A stretch of DNA of 52,357 bases from an uncultured Clostridia bacterium (GTDB taxonomy: Bacteria; Bacillota; UBA994; UBA5500). The stretch spans positions 1 through 52,357 of the forward strand of contig CAYVCY010000001.1 of assembly GCA_964450265.1 (NCBI GenBank), written 5' to 3'. Below, piece by piece: positions 27,830 through 35,994 of the stretch (position 1 is its first letter; each line of letters starts with the position of its first letter). Position numbers and translations under genes: made by a program. The notes beneath the pieces were generated by a model. It worked only from the letters and a program-made list of their open reading frames with translations. It was not told where the DNA came from and did not search any database.

Positions 27830-28948
27830 TTGACCAAGAAAGAAGCGCAGCTAGAGCTAGTTAGAGAATTGATAGAAAAGGGCAAGAAACAGGGAGTTCT
27901 CGCCTACAAAGAGATCATGGATGCGTTGCAGGAGGTAGATCTCAGTCCTGATCAGATCGATGAGATCTATGAAAGCCTCGCCTCGATGGGCATCGAAGTC
28001 GTCTCGGATCGCGATGACGATCAAGAGGCGGCCGACGGCGATGCCAAGGAGACTGGTAGCAGCTCGGATGAGGATGACGACAGCAGCGATGAGAAGGAGA
28101 TCCCCGTCCCCGATGGAGTGCGCCTGGATGATCCTGTCCGCATGTACCTGAAGGAGATTGGACGGGTACCTTTGTTGTCCTCCGAGGAGGAGGTTGACCT
28201 GGCCAAGCGGATGGAGCAGGGCGAGGAAGAAGCCAAGAAAAAGCTGGTGGAAGCTAACTTGCGCCTGGTAGTCAGCATCGCGAAGCGGTATGTCGGTCGT
28301 GGGATGCAGTTCCTTGATCTGATTCAAGAGGGCAATCTCGGACTGATCAAGGCTGTAGAAAAGTTTGATTACCAGAAGGGCTTTAAGTTCAGCACCTATG
28401 CCACTTGGTGGATACGCCAGGCGATCACGCGGGCTATCGCTGATCAGGCTCGTACCATTCGCATTCCGGTGCACATGGTGGAGACGATCAACAAGCTTAT
28501 TCGTGTATCCCGGCAATTGTTGCAGGAGTTGGGGCGCGAACCGACTCCCGAAGAAGTGGCCGAGCAGATGGATATTCCGGTGGAGAGGGTACATGAGATT
28601 CTGAAGATTGCTCAGGAGCCGGTATCTTTGGAGACGCCTATCGGTGAAGAGGAAGATAGCCACTTGGGCGACTTCATTCCCGATGAGGATGCCATGGCCC
28701 CGGCAGATGCGGCAGCTTTTGTGCTGTTGCGGGAGCAACTGGAGGATGTGCTGTCCACATTGACCGACCGCGAGCAGAAGGTTCTAAAGCTGCGTTTCGG
28801 CCTTGAGGACGGACGGGCGCGCACGCTAGAGGAAGTGGGCCAAGAGTTCGGCGTCACCCGCGAACGCATTCGGCAAATTGAGGCTAAGGCGTTGCGCAAG
28901 CTGCGCCATCCCAGCCGCAGCAAGCGCCTGAAAGACTTTCTAGAATAA
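27830..28948 (+). CDS. sigA: RNA polymerase primary sigma factor SigA/RpoD
   Basis: Has an acidic region 1, region 2 ([28 protein letters not shown]) and region 4.2 ([30 protein letters not shown]). A TTG start follows a gagggggg RBS. Confidence 0.97.
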   Translation: MTKKEAQLELVRELIEKGKKQGVLAYKEIMDALQEVDLSPDQIDEIYESLASMGIEVVSDRDDDQEAADGDAKETGSSSDEDDDSSDEKEIPVPDGVRLDDPVRMYLKEIGRVPLLSSEEEVDLAKRMEQGEEEAKKKLVEANLRLVVSIAKRYVGRGMQFLDLIQEGNLGLIKAVEKFDYQKGFKFSTYATWWIRQAITRAIADQARTIRIPVHMVETINKLIRVSRQLLQELGREPTPEEVAEQMDIPVERVHEILKIAQEPVSLETPIGEEEDSHLGDFIPDEDAMAPADAAAFVLLREQLEDVLSTLTDREQKVLKLRFGLEDGRARTLEEVGQEFGVTRERIRQIEAKALRKLRHPSRSKRLKDFLE

Positions 28949-29021
28949 CGGGTGCCTCTGGCCCCGTTCGATAAGGGCTTGGCCCCTTTCGGTAACATTT
29001 TACGTGAGTGATCGCGTCATA

Positions 29022-29050
29022 TTGACGAGTGATGGGTTTTGCTTTATAAT
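29022..29050 (+). promoter_or_regulatory. Sigma-A promoter (TTGACG-17 nt-TATAAT) for the tRNA cluster
   Basis: TTGACG at 29022-29027 and TATAAT at 29045-29050. tRNA-Asn starts 14 nt downstream. Confidence 0.6.
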
Positions 29051-29063
29051 TAGTAATGCGCGT

Positions 29064-29138
<75 letters not shown>

Positions 29139-29146
29139 TTCCTATT

Positions 29147-29223
29147 GGGCCCATAGCTCAGTTGGTCAGAGCGGTCGGCTCATAACCGATTGGTCCTAGG
29201 TTCGAGTCCTAGTGGGCCCACCA
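29147..29223 (+). tRNA. tRNA with CAT anticodon (elongator Met or lysidine-modified Ile2; not initiator-like), CCA encoded
   Basis: GGGCCCATAGCTCAGTTGGTCAGAGC...CT-CAT-AA...GGTTCGAGTCC..TGGGCCCACCA. Positions 1 and 72 are paired and the anticodon stem lacks three G-C pairs, so it is not fMet. Confidence 0.85.
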
Positions 29224-29290
29224 GTATCTAGAAGTTAGATGTTGGAAGTCAGAAGTAGGAGTTGCGAGCGTGGCCAAGCAGCTTCAACGC

Positions 29291-29319
29291 TTGCAAAGGG
29301 CCTATGACAGCGCTATAAT
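29291..29319 (+). promoter_or_regulatory. Sigma-A-like promoter (TTGCAA-17 nt-TATAAT) upstream of tRNA-Val
   Basis: TTGCAA at 29291-29296 and TATAAT at 29314-29319. The tRNA starts 19 nt downstream. Confidence 0.5.
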
Positions 29320-29337
29320 AAACAAGCACCAAGTTTC

Positions 29338-29414
29338 GGGCGCATAGCTCAGTCGGGATGAGCGCTTGCTTCACACGCAAGAGGTCACAGGTTCGAGCCC
29401 TGTTGCGCCCACCA
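29338..29414 (+). tRNA. tRNA-Val (anticodon CAC), CCA encoded
   Basis: GGGCGCATAGCTCAGTCGGGATGAGCG CTTGC-TT-CAC-AC-GCAAG ..GGTTCGAGCCC..TGCGCCCACCA. Confidence 0.9.
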
Positions 29415-29429
29415 TCTGAAAACCAAAAT

Positions 29430-29464
29430 GTCGCCGAGGTTTTATGCCTCGGCGACGTTTTTTG
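29430..29464 (+). terminator. Rho-independent terminator of the tRNA cluster
   Basis: GTCGCCGAGG-ttttat-(G)CCTCGGCGAC is followed by GTTTTTTG. Confidence 0.8.
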
Positions 29465-29533
29465 TAGCTTTGGAACTGATCGCGGAGACAGAAGAGAGCA
29501 GACTCTATGGAAAGCGTGCTTGACATTATCCGT

Positions 29534-29929
29534 CTATTTAGCACGTTTGATAGCCAATATGTCTGCTTCCTGCTCTATCGAGCGGAAGCTTAGGCGCTCG
29601 AGTACCTTCCCGTGTTGCTCGAGCGTCTTTTCAATCCTGTCCAGACGCTCTGTGGTCTCTTGGCGGAAGTGTTTCATCTCGGTGCGAAATTCGGTTAGCA
29701 TGCCAGCTTGCTCTAAGGTTGCCTGACCGAGTGCTCTTACGGACTTAAGCTCGGTCTTCGCCTCGCTCAAATCGGCCTCCATTCGACCCATTCGGCCTTC
29801 GAACTGGCTCATTCTGTCCTCGAGTTGACTTATGCGGTCTTCCATTCGATCCAGTCGGCCTTCGATTCGTTCCTGCCCGTCGCGGAGCAGCTTCAGTTCC
29901 TGCAGTATTTGTCCTAGTACCTCGTCCAT
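29534..29929 (-). CDS. Hypothetical coiled-coil protein with 11-residue repeats
   Basis: Strong RBS (gggaggtg-5 nt-ATG). The translation RLDRMEDRISQ/LEDRMSQFEGR/MGRMEADLSEA is periodic and charged. The DNA shows matching 33-nt periodicity (…cattcgacccattcggccttcgaa…cattcgatccagtcggccttcgat…). I recognise no family. Confidence 0.65.
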   Translation of the reverse strand: MDEVLGQILQELKLLRDGQERIEGRLDRMEDRISQLEDRMSQFEGRMGRMEADLSEAKTELKSVRALGQATLEQAGMLTEFRTEMKHFRQETTERLDRIEKTLEQHGKVLERLSFRSIEQEADILAIKRAK

Positions 29930-30015
29930 GTTTTCACCTCCCGGCAGTCATTTTCACCGTATGTACTACCTTGTTCGTTGACACTATTGTACCATGTAAA
30001 GAAGTCTTCGGTGGG

Positions 30016-30063
30016 GCGAAAACGGCTGATACTTCAAGGACAGAGTCCTAGAAGCATCAGCCG
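30016..30063 (-). terminator. Rho-independent terminator downstream of the histidine kinase gene
   Basis: On the minus strand, CGGCTGATGCTTC-taGGACtctGTCCtt-GAAGTATCAGCCG is followed by TTTTCG. Confidence 0.55.
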
Positions 30064-30069
30064 TACTCC

Positions 30070-32190
30070 CTAATGGGCGGACCTCGCCAAATTGCGGGAG
30101 GGTAGGGTAACTGTTGCTTTGAACAGGTCGCCATCGATCTCGACCTGGAATCTGCCCCCTTGGAGTTCAGTTAGACTCTTGGCTATGGACAGGCCCAAGC
30201 CGGAGCCTTCGGTGTGTCGTGATTGATCTCCTCGGGTGAATCTCTCCATCAACTCTCCGGCGTCTATGTTCAGAGGGGAGGCGGAGATGTTTTTCAATGT
30301 GATGCTCACATGGGTGCCATGTTCCAGTACATCGATATACACTCGGGAAGCTGGCATGGAGTATTTGAGGATGTTCTGTAGCAGGTTCTCCAGTACCCGC
30401 CAGAGCAGTCGACCATCCGCTTGGACGAACAGCTTTTCCTGTGGGAGGTTGAGCCGGAAATCCAGCCCAGAGGCCTCAAGTTTATCTGCTAATTCCGCCA
30501 TGCCTTGGGTGAGCAGGGAGCCTACCTCCAGCTGCTCTAGGCGGACTGATATGCTGCCACTAGTTGCTTTTGCTGCTTCAAACAGGTCATCGGTCAATGA
30601 TTTTAGCCGCTCGGTCTTCTGGTCCAGCACCGTCAGGTATTTGGCTGCATTCTCGGAGTCCAGGCCCTCATTCTTCAGCAGGTCGATATAGGTGACGAGC
30701 GAGGTGAGAGGTGTCTTCAGGTCATGGGAGACGTTCGTGATCAGTTCGGATTTCAGGCGCTCGGCCTTCACCTCCCGTTCTACCGCCGCTTTCAGCCCAT
30801 CGGCGATGTTGTTTACGTTTTGCCCCAGAGCACCGAGCTCCGGGCTGCTATCCACAGGAATGCGATAGTCTAGGTCGCCGCTTCTGATACGTTCTGTTCC
30901 AGCAGCGATCATCTTTAAAGCCACCGTCTTGCGCATCAGGTAGTACATCGCGCCAGCATTGATCAACAACCAGAGGACAAACCCCAGGCTGTCTCTCAGA
31001 TTGACCGCAAGGCCAACCGCAAGCCCATAGCCGAGCATCAACAGCGTGACCCGTATGGACATCGGTGTAGCTTTAATGAACGGCAAAAAGGTCCTCTGCC
31101 AGACTTTGCTTATCAGCCGCCAACCGCTGTTTAGGATGGTAAAGGCAGCAGTGTGGCGCAGCAACTCCTTGCGCTTGATGCGTTTGCTAAGCATCGAGCC
31201 ATAGAGCAGGACAACCAAAGCCAGTACTGCGGTCAAAATGGTACCGATCACCAGCAGGGCAGGTGATTCGGCTTGATGATATTGCCACAGCAATTCGCCG
31301 ATGGCAGAGATGCATAGGTATGCGACTCCTGCTAGGACTAAGACGCCAATGTCCAGATAAAGACCGTCTTGAGGTCCTAGTGCCACTTCGCTGCTAGCTG
31401 TTTTCTCTCCAGTGGCATACATCAGGTAGCAGAAGCCAAGTAGAAAGATTCCCGCCCCGCCAAGGAACTGATATAGTCCTTGCATCCCGACAGCCCGCTC
31501 CCGCTGATATTCTTCTGATAGAGCGGAGTAGCGCTCTTCGGTCAGCCCCGCATAGCTGAATTCTCCGTCAGGCAACTGCCGAATCGAATGGGCGGGAAGG
31601 GATGAAAAGAAATCCTCCAAGTCTCCCAGATCGTCGATATTGTGGAGCGTCCCACCGCCCTTAATCGGCGCGTAGTACAAGTAGGCATTTGGTTCCTCAA
31701 GTTGAGCCAGCAGTGATCGGTAGACTGATAGATCAAGGGCGATCAAGGAATCTCGGTTTGCGGCCAACTCCGGTTCCAGGTCCGCTTGCTTTCTCTCCAA
31801 CTCCTGATCCCTTTGAATAATCAGGATGTCCGCTTGAGCTGGCTGCCCCGCCCGGTAGGCCTCTTCTATCCAGGGCTGGAAGCGATCCCGGACCTCTTGC
31901 AGCTCCCTCTGCAAGCGGTGACCCTCCCAGTGGGCGCGAGTGCTTTCCCCGGAAATAATGAATTCTTCACTGCGATGGACCTGGGTGATCTGGTACACGG
32001 CATGCTGAATCCTGTTCAACTCTGCGATCAGCGCATTGCTGTCTTGATATTCCTCCGCCTGCAAGGCCAGCGGGAACTGGTTGGCCCGAAGCAAGGAGTA
32101 TCCCACAAGCAACGCACCGGCAACTGCCACCAGGGTAGCTAGTAGCCTCAGCCAAGACTGGCCTCTAATACTTCTCGACTTTGTAACCAA
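30070..32190 (-). CDS. Sensor histidine kinase with a large N-terminal extracytoplasmic domain, a multi-TM block, HAMP, HisKA and HATPase_c
   Basis: Has an H-box (ITNVSHDLKTPLTS), a G-box (GSGLGLSIAKS) and a HAMP-like segment (ERIRSGDLDYRIPV). The TTG start overlaps the regulator gene by 26 nt. Confidence 0.9.
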   Translation of the reverse strand: MVTKSRSIRGQSWLRLLATLVAVAGALLVGYSLLRANQFPLALQAEEYQDSNALIAELNRIQHAVYQITQVHRSEEFIISGESTRAHWEGHRLQRELQEVRDRFQPWIEEAYRAGQPAQADILIIQRDQELERKQADLEPELAANRDSLIALDLSVYRSLLAQLEEPNAYLYYAPIKGGGTLHNIDDLGDLEDFFSSLPAHSIRQLPDGEFSYAGLTEERYSALSEEYQRERAVGMQGLYQFLGGAGIFLLGFCYLMYATGEKTASSEVALGPQDGLYLDIGVLVLAGVAYLCISAIGELLWQYHQAESPALLVIGTILTAVLALVVLLYGSMLSKRIKRKELLRHTAAFTILNSGWRLISKVWQRTFLPFIKATPMSIRVTLLMLGYGLAVGLAVNLRDSLGFVLWLLINAGAMYYLMRKTVALKMIAAGTERIRSGDLDYRIPVDSSPELGALGQNVNNIADGLKAAVEREVKAERLKSELITNVSHDLKTPLTSLVTYIDLLKNEGLDSENAAKYLTVLDQKTERLKSLTDDLFEAAKATSGSISVRLEQLEVGSLLTQGMAELADKLEASGLDFRLNLPQEKLFVQADGRLLWRVLENLLQNILKYSMPASRVYIDVLEHGTHVSITLKNISASPLNIDAGELMERFTRGDQSRHTEGSGLGLSIAKSLTELQGGRFQVEIDGDLFKATVTLPSRNLARSAH

Positions 32191-32851
32191 TGCCCCACAC
32201 CACCTTCACGTACTTAGGTTCACTCGGGTTGAACTCAATCTTCTCCCGTATCCGGCGAATGTGTACCGCCACCGTATTGGCAGGGTTATAGGCAGGCTCA
32301 TTCCAGACTTGCTCGTAGATCTGCTCAATCGAGAATACCCGCCCCGCGTTCTCGCAGAGCAGCTTAAGGATGCCATATTCCATCGGAGTCAAGCGAATCG
32401 GATCGCCATCGACGGTCACCTCTTTACGGACATCGTTCACCACCAGACCACCGCTTTGAAACACGTCGCTTTGTGGTACACGGCAGCCGAGCTCGGTATA
32501 GCGCCGCAGCTGCGACTTTACCCGCGCCATCAGCTCCAGAGGGTTAAAGGGCTTGGTGATGTAGTCATCGGCACCCATGTTTAGCCCGATGATTTTGTCG
32601 GTATCCTCGGACTTAGCGGAGAGCATGATCACTGGGATGTTGTGTTTCTCTCTGATTCGCACCGTCGCCCGAATGCCATCCAGCTCCGGCATCATGATGT
32701 CCATGATTGCCAGATGAATCTCTTCCTGTTGCAGAGTCGCCAATGCCTCTACCCCAGTGTGTGCCTGATAAACCTGATGTCCTTCGTTACGTAGATAGAC
32801 TTCAATCGCATCCACAATCTCTCGGTCGTCATCACAGACCAATATGTTCAT
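32165..32851 (-). CDS. OmpR/PhoB-family response regulator
   Basis: MNILVCDDDREIV..IMDIMMPELDG (receiver domain) plus a winged helix (LTPMEYGILKLL..VWGIGYKV). I prefer the ATG at 32851 (ggagg-8 nt) over the track start at 32899. Confidence 0.9.
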   Translation of the reverse strand: MNILVCDDDREIVDAIEVYLRNEGHQVYQAHTGVEALATLQQEEIHLAIMDIMMPELDGIRATVRIREKHNIPVIMLSAKSEDTDKIIGLNMGADDYITKPFNPLELMARVKSQLRRYTELGCRVPQSDVFQSGGLVVNDVRKEVTVDGDPIRLTPMEYGILKLLCENAGRVFSIEQIYEQVWNEPAYNPANTVAVHIRRIREKIEFNPSEPKYVKVVWGIGYKVEKY

Positions 32852-33023
32852 CCTCAATGCCTCCACGTCTGCCATTTCCTGCTGGATCGATCTTATCACA
32901 CCAGCCGGATTACTAAGTCAATAATACCCACTGAATATTGCCATCAGGTGAAGGGTTTTCTTAACGTTGTCTTAAGCTGGGCGATCGCGCGGCATCTGCC
33001 GCAACCCGGCTTATCCTTCCTAG

Positions 33024-33054
33024 CAAGGCGAATCTTTCGGCAGAAAGAATGGCC
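33024..33054 (+). repeat. Solitary family-1 hairpin unit
   Basis: CAAGGCGAATCTTTCGGCAGAAAGAATGGCC matches the units at 19664, 11800-11864 (inverted) and 33250-33344. Confidence 0.45.
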
Positions 33055-33175
33055 ACGACGACAAAATCTATGGACTCCCTCAGCGACATTCGTCAAATGT
33101 GGAGACTACCGTCTACGGGTACTATCTATCGCGGTTGGTGTCGATCGATTATACTGCATTTAGTGGTTGATTGGC

Positions 33176-33204
33176 TTGGCAAGACAGGGAGGCTTGGATA
33201 TACT
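33176..33204 (+). promoter_or_regulatory. Candidate sigma-A promoter (TTGGCA-17 nt-TATACT) directed toward the Spo0E-like gene
   Basis: The hexamers are at 33176-33181 and 33199-33204. This would give a ~225-nt leader containing the tandem repeats. Confidence 0.4.
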
Positions 33205-33249
33205 TGGGGAGGCGTGTGATATGCGCAGTGATCGTTGCTTGCACAAAGC

Positions 33250-33375
33250 TAACCGAATCTTTCTGCAGCGAGAATGGACATAAGCCGAATCTTTCTGCAG
33301 AGAGAATGGACATAAGCCGAATCTTTCGTTAGAAAGAATGGACATTGCCAGCAACGTCTGGGATGTTGCTAGTAG
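33250..33375 (+). repeat. Three head-to-tail 32-nt family-1 units plus a terminal hairpin
   Basis: TAACCGAATCTTTCTGCAGCGAGAATGGACA / TAAGCCGAATCTTTCTGCAGAGAGAATGGACA / TAAGCCGAATCTTTCGTTAGAAAGAATGGACA, then ttgcc-AGCAACgtctgggatGTTGCT-agtag. The units are contiguous, with no spacers. Confidence 0.75.
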
Positions 33376-33436
33376 TAGATTCTGGCATGAGACAGACCTG
33401 CTTATTGTCAGGAAAGGCCTAGGTGGTGATCATTTT

Positions 33437-33607
33437 TTGCCTAAAGTAAGAAATCTAAAGAAGGATATTGCGAGCAAGCGCCAACAGCTACATCGCCTGG
33501 TGAATGAGCATGGCGTGGGGCACCCGGCTGTGATTGCGCTGAGCGCTGAGTTAGATCAGGCACTAAACCTCTACTATCGTGTGCGCCTGCTATCCAGACG
33601 CAAGTGA
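33437..33607 (+). CDS. Spo0E-family aspartyl-phosphate phosphatase-like small protein
   Basis: ..KDIASKRQQLHRLVNEHGVGHPAVIALSAELDQALNLYYRV.. matches the Spo0E helix-hairpin pattern, with SAELD in place of the SQELD motif. I prefer the TTG at 33437 (aggtggtg-8 nt). The track ATG at 33338 lies inside repeat unit 3. Confidence 0.7.
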   Translation: MPKVRNLKKDIASKRQQLHRLVNEHGVGHPAVIALSAELDQALNLYYRVRLLSRRK

Positions 33608-33647
33608 TCTGTCGGTTATTGTGTTGGCTTCTGGGCAACCATAATCC

Positions 33648-33845
33648 ATGGTTGTTAGGCGGGAGGTGTTGTGGTTGCCCCTATTGTTTTCCCAGGCCCT
33701 CAGCATAGCCGTAGTTATTGCAGCGGGCTCGAGTTTAGTCTACATACTGTTAGGCATACTGAAAGCGAACGACAGTGACGAGACTGCTGACGAGCCGCCG
33801 CAGGCGGTCATTTTGAACGAGAGTGAAGAACCCAAGCATCCGTAG
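33648..33845 (+). CDS. Hypothetical small single-pass membrane protein with an acidic tail
   Basis: It has one clear hydrophobic helix (LPLLFSQALSIAVVIAAGSSLVYILLGIL) followed by DSDETADEPP. A gggagg RBS lies close to alternative GTG/TTG starts. There is no family match from memory. Confidence 0.3.
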   Translation: MVVRREVLWLPLLFSQALSIAVVIAAGSSLVYILLGILKANDSDETADEPPQAVILNESEEPKHP

Positions 33846-33862
33846 ATACGGGCCTTGATTCG

Positions 33863-33887
33863 GATTCCTCGCTGCCCTCTGAATGAC
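33863..33887 (-). repeat. Third, inverted copy of the GTCATTC(C/A)GAG..GAGGAATC repeat
   Basis: The reverse complement reads GTCATTCAGAGGGCAGCGAGGAATC, which aligns with 11188-11212 and 11276-11301. Confidence 0.4.
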
Positions 33888-33938
33888 ACTGAAGAGCTTT
33901 TTCCGTGGTTTCGGGCAGTAACTGAGAGTGCGCAAAAA

Positions 33939-33966
33939 AGAAGGACAGGGAGCGCCCGGTCCTTCT
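33939..33966 (-). terminator. Stem-loop terminator downstream of the LtaS-family gene, possibly bidirectional
   Basis: AGAAGGAC-agggagcgcccg-GTCCTTCT is flanked by an A-run (33934-33939) and CTTT. Confidence 0.45.
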
Positions 33967-33983
33967 CTTTAGTTCCCGTACTC

Positions 33984-35855
33984 TCAATCATCGCTCACCC
34001 TGCTGCTGATCAACCCTAGCAGATCATACTCCAGGGTTAAGTCCGAAACCGCTACAGTGTCAGCCGCTTCAGCGACTTGTTGCGAGTAGTCATGCAAGCT
34101 GAGTATCTCACCAGTGTCTAGATTGAACAACAGGTCGTCTACGCCGAGATACATCGCCTCATCGGTGACCCACATGCCATTGCGGAAGCAGACGAAACCC
34201 TCCTCGGTGTTCAGTAGATCGGTTCCCAACGCAAATGGTGCCGATACCCCCAACAGGTTGGCCACAGTGGGATAGATGTCCATTTGCCCAGCAGCCGTCT
34301 TACGGCTTCCGCTCAACCGGTCCTGCGGCAGGTGTATCAACAGGGGCACGCGCTGCTGCAAGAACCATTCTAGCTGCGTCAGGGAATCCCGCCCATAAAC
34401 TAACTGTGCCAACAGCGTTCGCTCTTCATAGGGCATGGCGGCGTGGTCCCCATAGAACACCACCACGGAATCATCCCAGAGGCCTGAGGCCTGCAGCTCC
34501 CCCACCAATTGACCGACAGCGTCATCGGCAAAGTGAATCGCCTGTAGATAATCACCCATCACAGTGTCCTTGTACTCGCCCACATCCAGAGTCTCTGGCA
34601 GAGGATTGGCCTCATCCTTGAACGGAAAGTGACTGGAAAGGGAGATCAAGAAGGCATAAAAAGGTTGCTCGTAGTTCTGCATCTTTTCCACCGCTTGTCG
34701 ATAGAAGGAGTGGTCTGTCAAGCCCAATAGAAAGATCTCATCGATGACGAAGTGATCGATGTTCTGGTAGTCTTGGAAGCCTAAGGACTGGTACATGCTG
34801 GTTCTGTTCCAGAAATCGGGCGTGTTGGCATGCATCGCTACTGTGTGGTACTTCGCCTCATGCAGCGTCTGTGCCAGCGATGCGAACCTGTTTCCCGCAA
34901 ACTGGTAATAGGCAGACCCTTCCTTGGCCGGCAGCATGGAGACATTGGCCAAGAACTCTGCATCAGAGGTTCCACCCCAAGCGGTCTGGTAATAGGTTTG
35001 GCTGAAATGTAGGCTGGTCTCCGCTAATCGGTTGAGGTTGGGTGTGATCTCCTGGCCATTCAGGCTGCGCTGCATCACGAAGGCTTGAAATGCTTCCAGT
35101 TGCACCATGATCAAGTTCTTGTCCTCTAGGATACCGTTGTAGCGAGCCGGGGGTAGCTCCGGTTTGCTAAAGCGGTCTGTGACCTGTTCCCAGTCAGCAG
35201 AAGTAAGCTGCACCCGGTTGATCTGCCTGGCGGCATAACGCCAAGCGTCCATGGCGTGATAGTGCAGCAGCCCTACCTGCTGTGCGTTTCGTTTGCTGGT
35301 CTGCAGGGCTAACCAGGTATTCTGATCTGTTTCCAGCCTGGCCAAGACAACGCTGTTGATCAAGACCGCAATCAGCAGGAGACAGGTAGACAGAATGCAG
35401 CCGGTCCTGCGCTTGCAGGCTGACCGCTGCAGCCAAGCGCGAGCGTTTCTGCTGCTGAGTATCCCCGTCATGACGGCGATATCTATCACGTACCAGAGAT
35501 CGCTACGTTTCAGCAGTGCTGTGACACTGCTGCTCACCCCTTTGAGCAGCATTGCCTGCTGCAAGAGATGAAGGGAAGGTAGCTCGCGCCAGTAGCGCCA
35601 GCACAGTACATCAACCAGCAGCACGCCGGTCAGCGTTGAGTTAAGCACCAGCCATGCCCAGCAGCGGGCCAAGGGGCGGAAGGCAACCAGCAAGGAGGTG
35701 ATGACAGCTAGAGCAGCAACGGTGCCCAAGAGCCAAGCAAGCCTTGACATATTCGCTTCGTCTAACAAAGTCTGTACATGATATAATTTCAAAGAGAAGG
35801 TGCCGATCGGCACCAGCAAACTGACCAATTCCGGGAGCGGCTGCTTTTTGTTCAC
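33984..35855 (-). CDS. LTA synthase-family protein (LtaS-like sulfatase/phosphoglycerol transferase; multi-TM N-terminus plus extracellular catalytic domain)
   Basis: Has five N-terminal TM helices followed by NLIMVQLEAFQAFV..NGQEITPNLNRLA..GGTSDAEF. The track ORF is 623 aa. The RBS is aaggtggtg-5 nt-GTG. Confidence 0.88.
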   Translation of the reverse strand: MNKKQPLPELVSLLVPIGTFSLKLYHVQTLLDEANMSRLAWLLGTVAALAVITSLLVAFRPLARCWAWLVLNSTLTGVLLVDVLCWRYWRELPSLHLLQQAMLLKGVSSSVTALLKRSDLWYVIDIAVMTGILSSRNARAWLQRSACKRRTGCILSTCLLLIAVLINSVVLARLETDQNTWLALQTSKRNAQQVGLLHYHAMDAWRYAARQINRVQLTSADWEQVTDRFSKPELPPARYNGILEDKNLIMVQLEAFQAFVMQRSLNGQEITPNLNRLAETSLHFSQTYYQTAWGGTSDAEFLANVSMLPAKEGSAYYQFAGNRFASLAQTLHEAKYHTVAMHANTPDFWNRTSMYQSLGFQDYQNIDHFVIDEIFLLGLTDHSFYRQAVEKMQNYEQPFYAFLISLSSHFPFKDEANPLPETLDVGEYKDTVMGDYLQAIHFADDAVGQLVGELQASGLWDDSVVVFYGDHAAMPYEERTLLAQLVYGRDSLTQLEWFLQQRVPLLIHLPQDRLSGSRKTAAGQMDIYPTVANLLGVSAPFALGTDLLNTEEGFVCFRNGMWVTDEAMYLGVDDLLFNLDTGEILSLHDYSQQVAEAADTVAVSDLTLEYDLLGLISSRVSDD

Positions 35856-35994
35856 CTGATCACCACCTTGTTTGCAGAGTGGGACATTGTGGTTATTCTG
35901 CCCTATGGATCAAATCCGCAATCGGTTCACCAGGCATTCCGACCGGATAAGATTGTGCGGTTGGCTCCCGTTGGTCTTCAGGAGGTTCTAAGAT

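Noticed and set aside
27857-28738. Long antisense ORFs inside well-supported genes: 293 aa opposite sigA, 26830-27717 opposite dnaG, 14046-14852 opposite yqfD/phoH, 17716-18429 opposite dgkA, 37669-38259 opposite the amidohydrolase, and 6185-6775 opposite dnaK
   Set aside because: The sense-strand genes have unambiguous conserved motifs. The antisense translations have no recognisable motifs and are typical of stop-codon-poor antisense frames in GC-rich coding DNA.
28949-29021. A sigA terminator (AACGGG..CCCGTT and AAGGGC..GCCCCTT stems)
   Set aside because: The stems are short or imperfect and lack a clear U-tract. Read-through into the tRNA cluster cannot be excluded, so I have not listed it as a feature.
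29358-29726. A 122-aa ORF starting inside tRNA-Val and running through the terminator
   Set aside because: It overlaps the tRNA and its terminator, and lies antisense to the coiled-coil gene, which has a strong RBS. It has no RBS of its own.
33221-33283. A 20-codon leader ORF (MRSDRCLHKANRIFLQREWT) preceded by GGGGAGG, upstream of the Spo0E-like gene
   Set aside because: Its RBS overlaps the predicted transcription start of the only plausible promoter (33176-33204). Half of the ORF is just repeat unit 1 read in one frame. There is no independent support.
33250-33345. A possible CRISPR array, because of three near-identical ~32-nt direct repeats
   Set aside because: The units are contiguous with no spacers. 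Each is itself a hairpin unit that also occurs singly or inverted at other loci (11800-11864, 19664-19696, 33024-33054). No cas genes or leader are nearby. It behaves like a REP/MITE-type repeat instead.
32948-33354. ORFs 32948-33163 (plus) and 33160-33354 (minus), and the track start of 33338-33607
   Set aside because: They run through family-1 repeat units and the divergent promoter region and lack RBSs. The Spo0E-like gene is better explained by the TTG start at 33437, which follows a good RBS.
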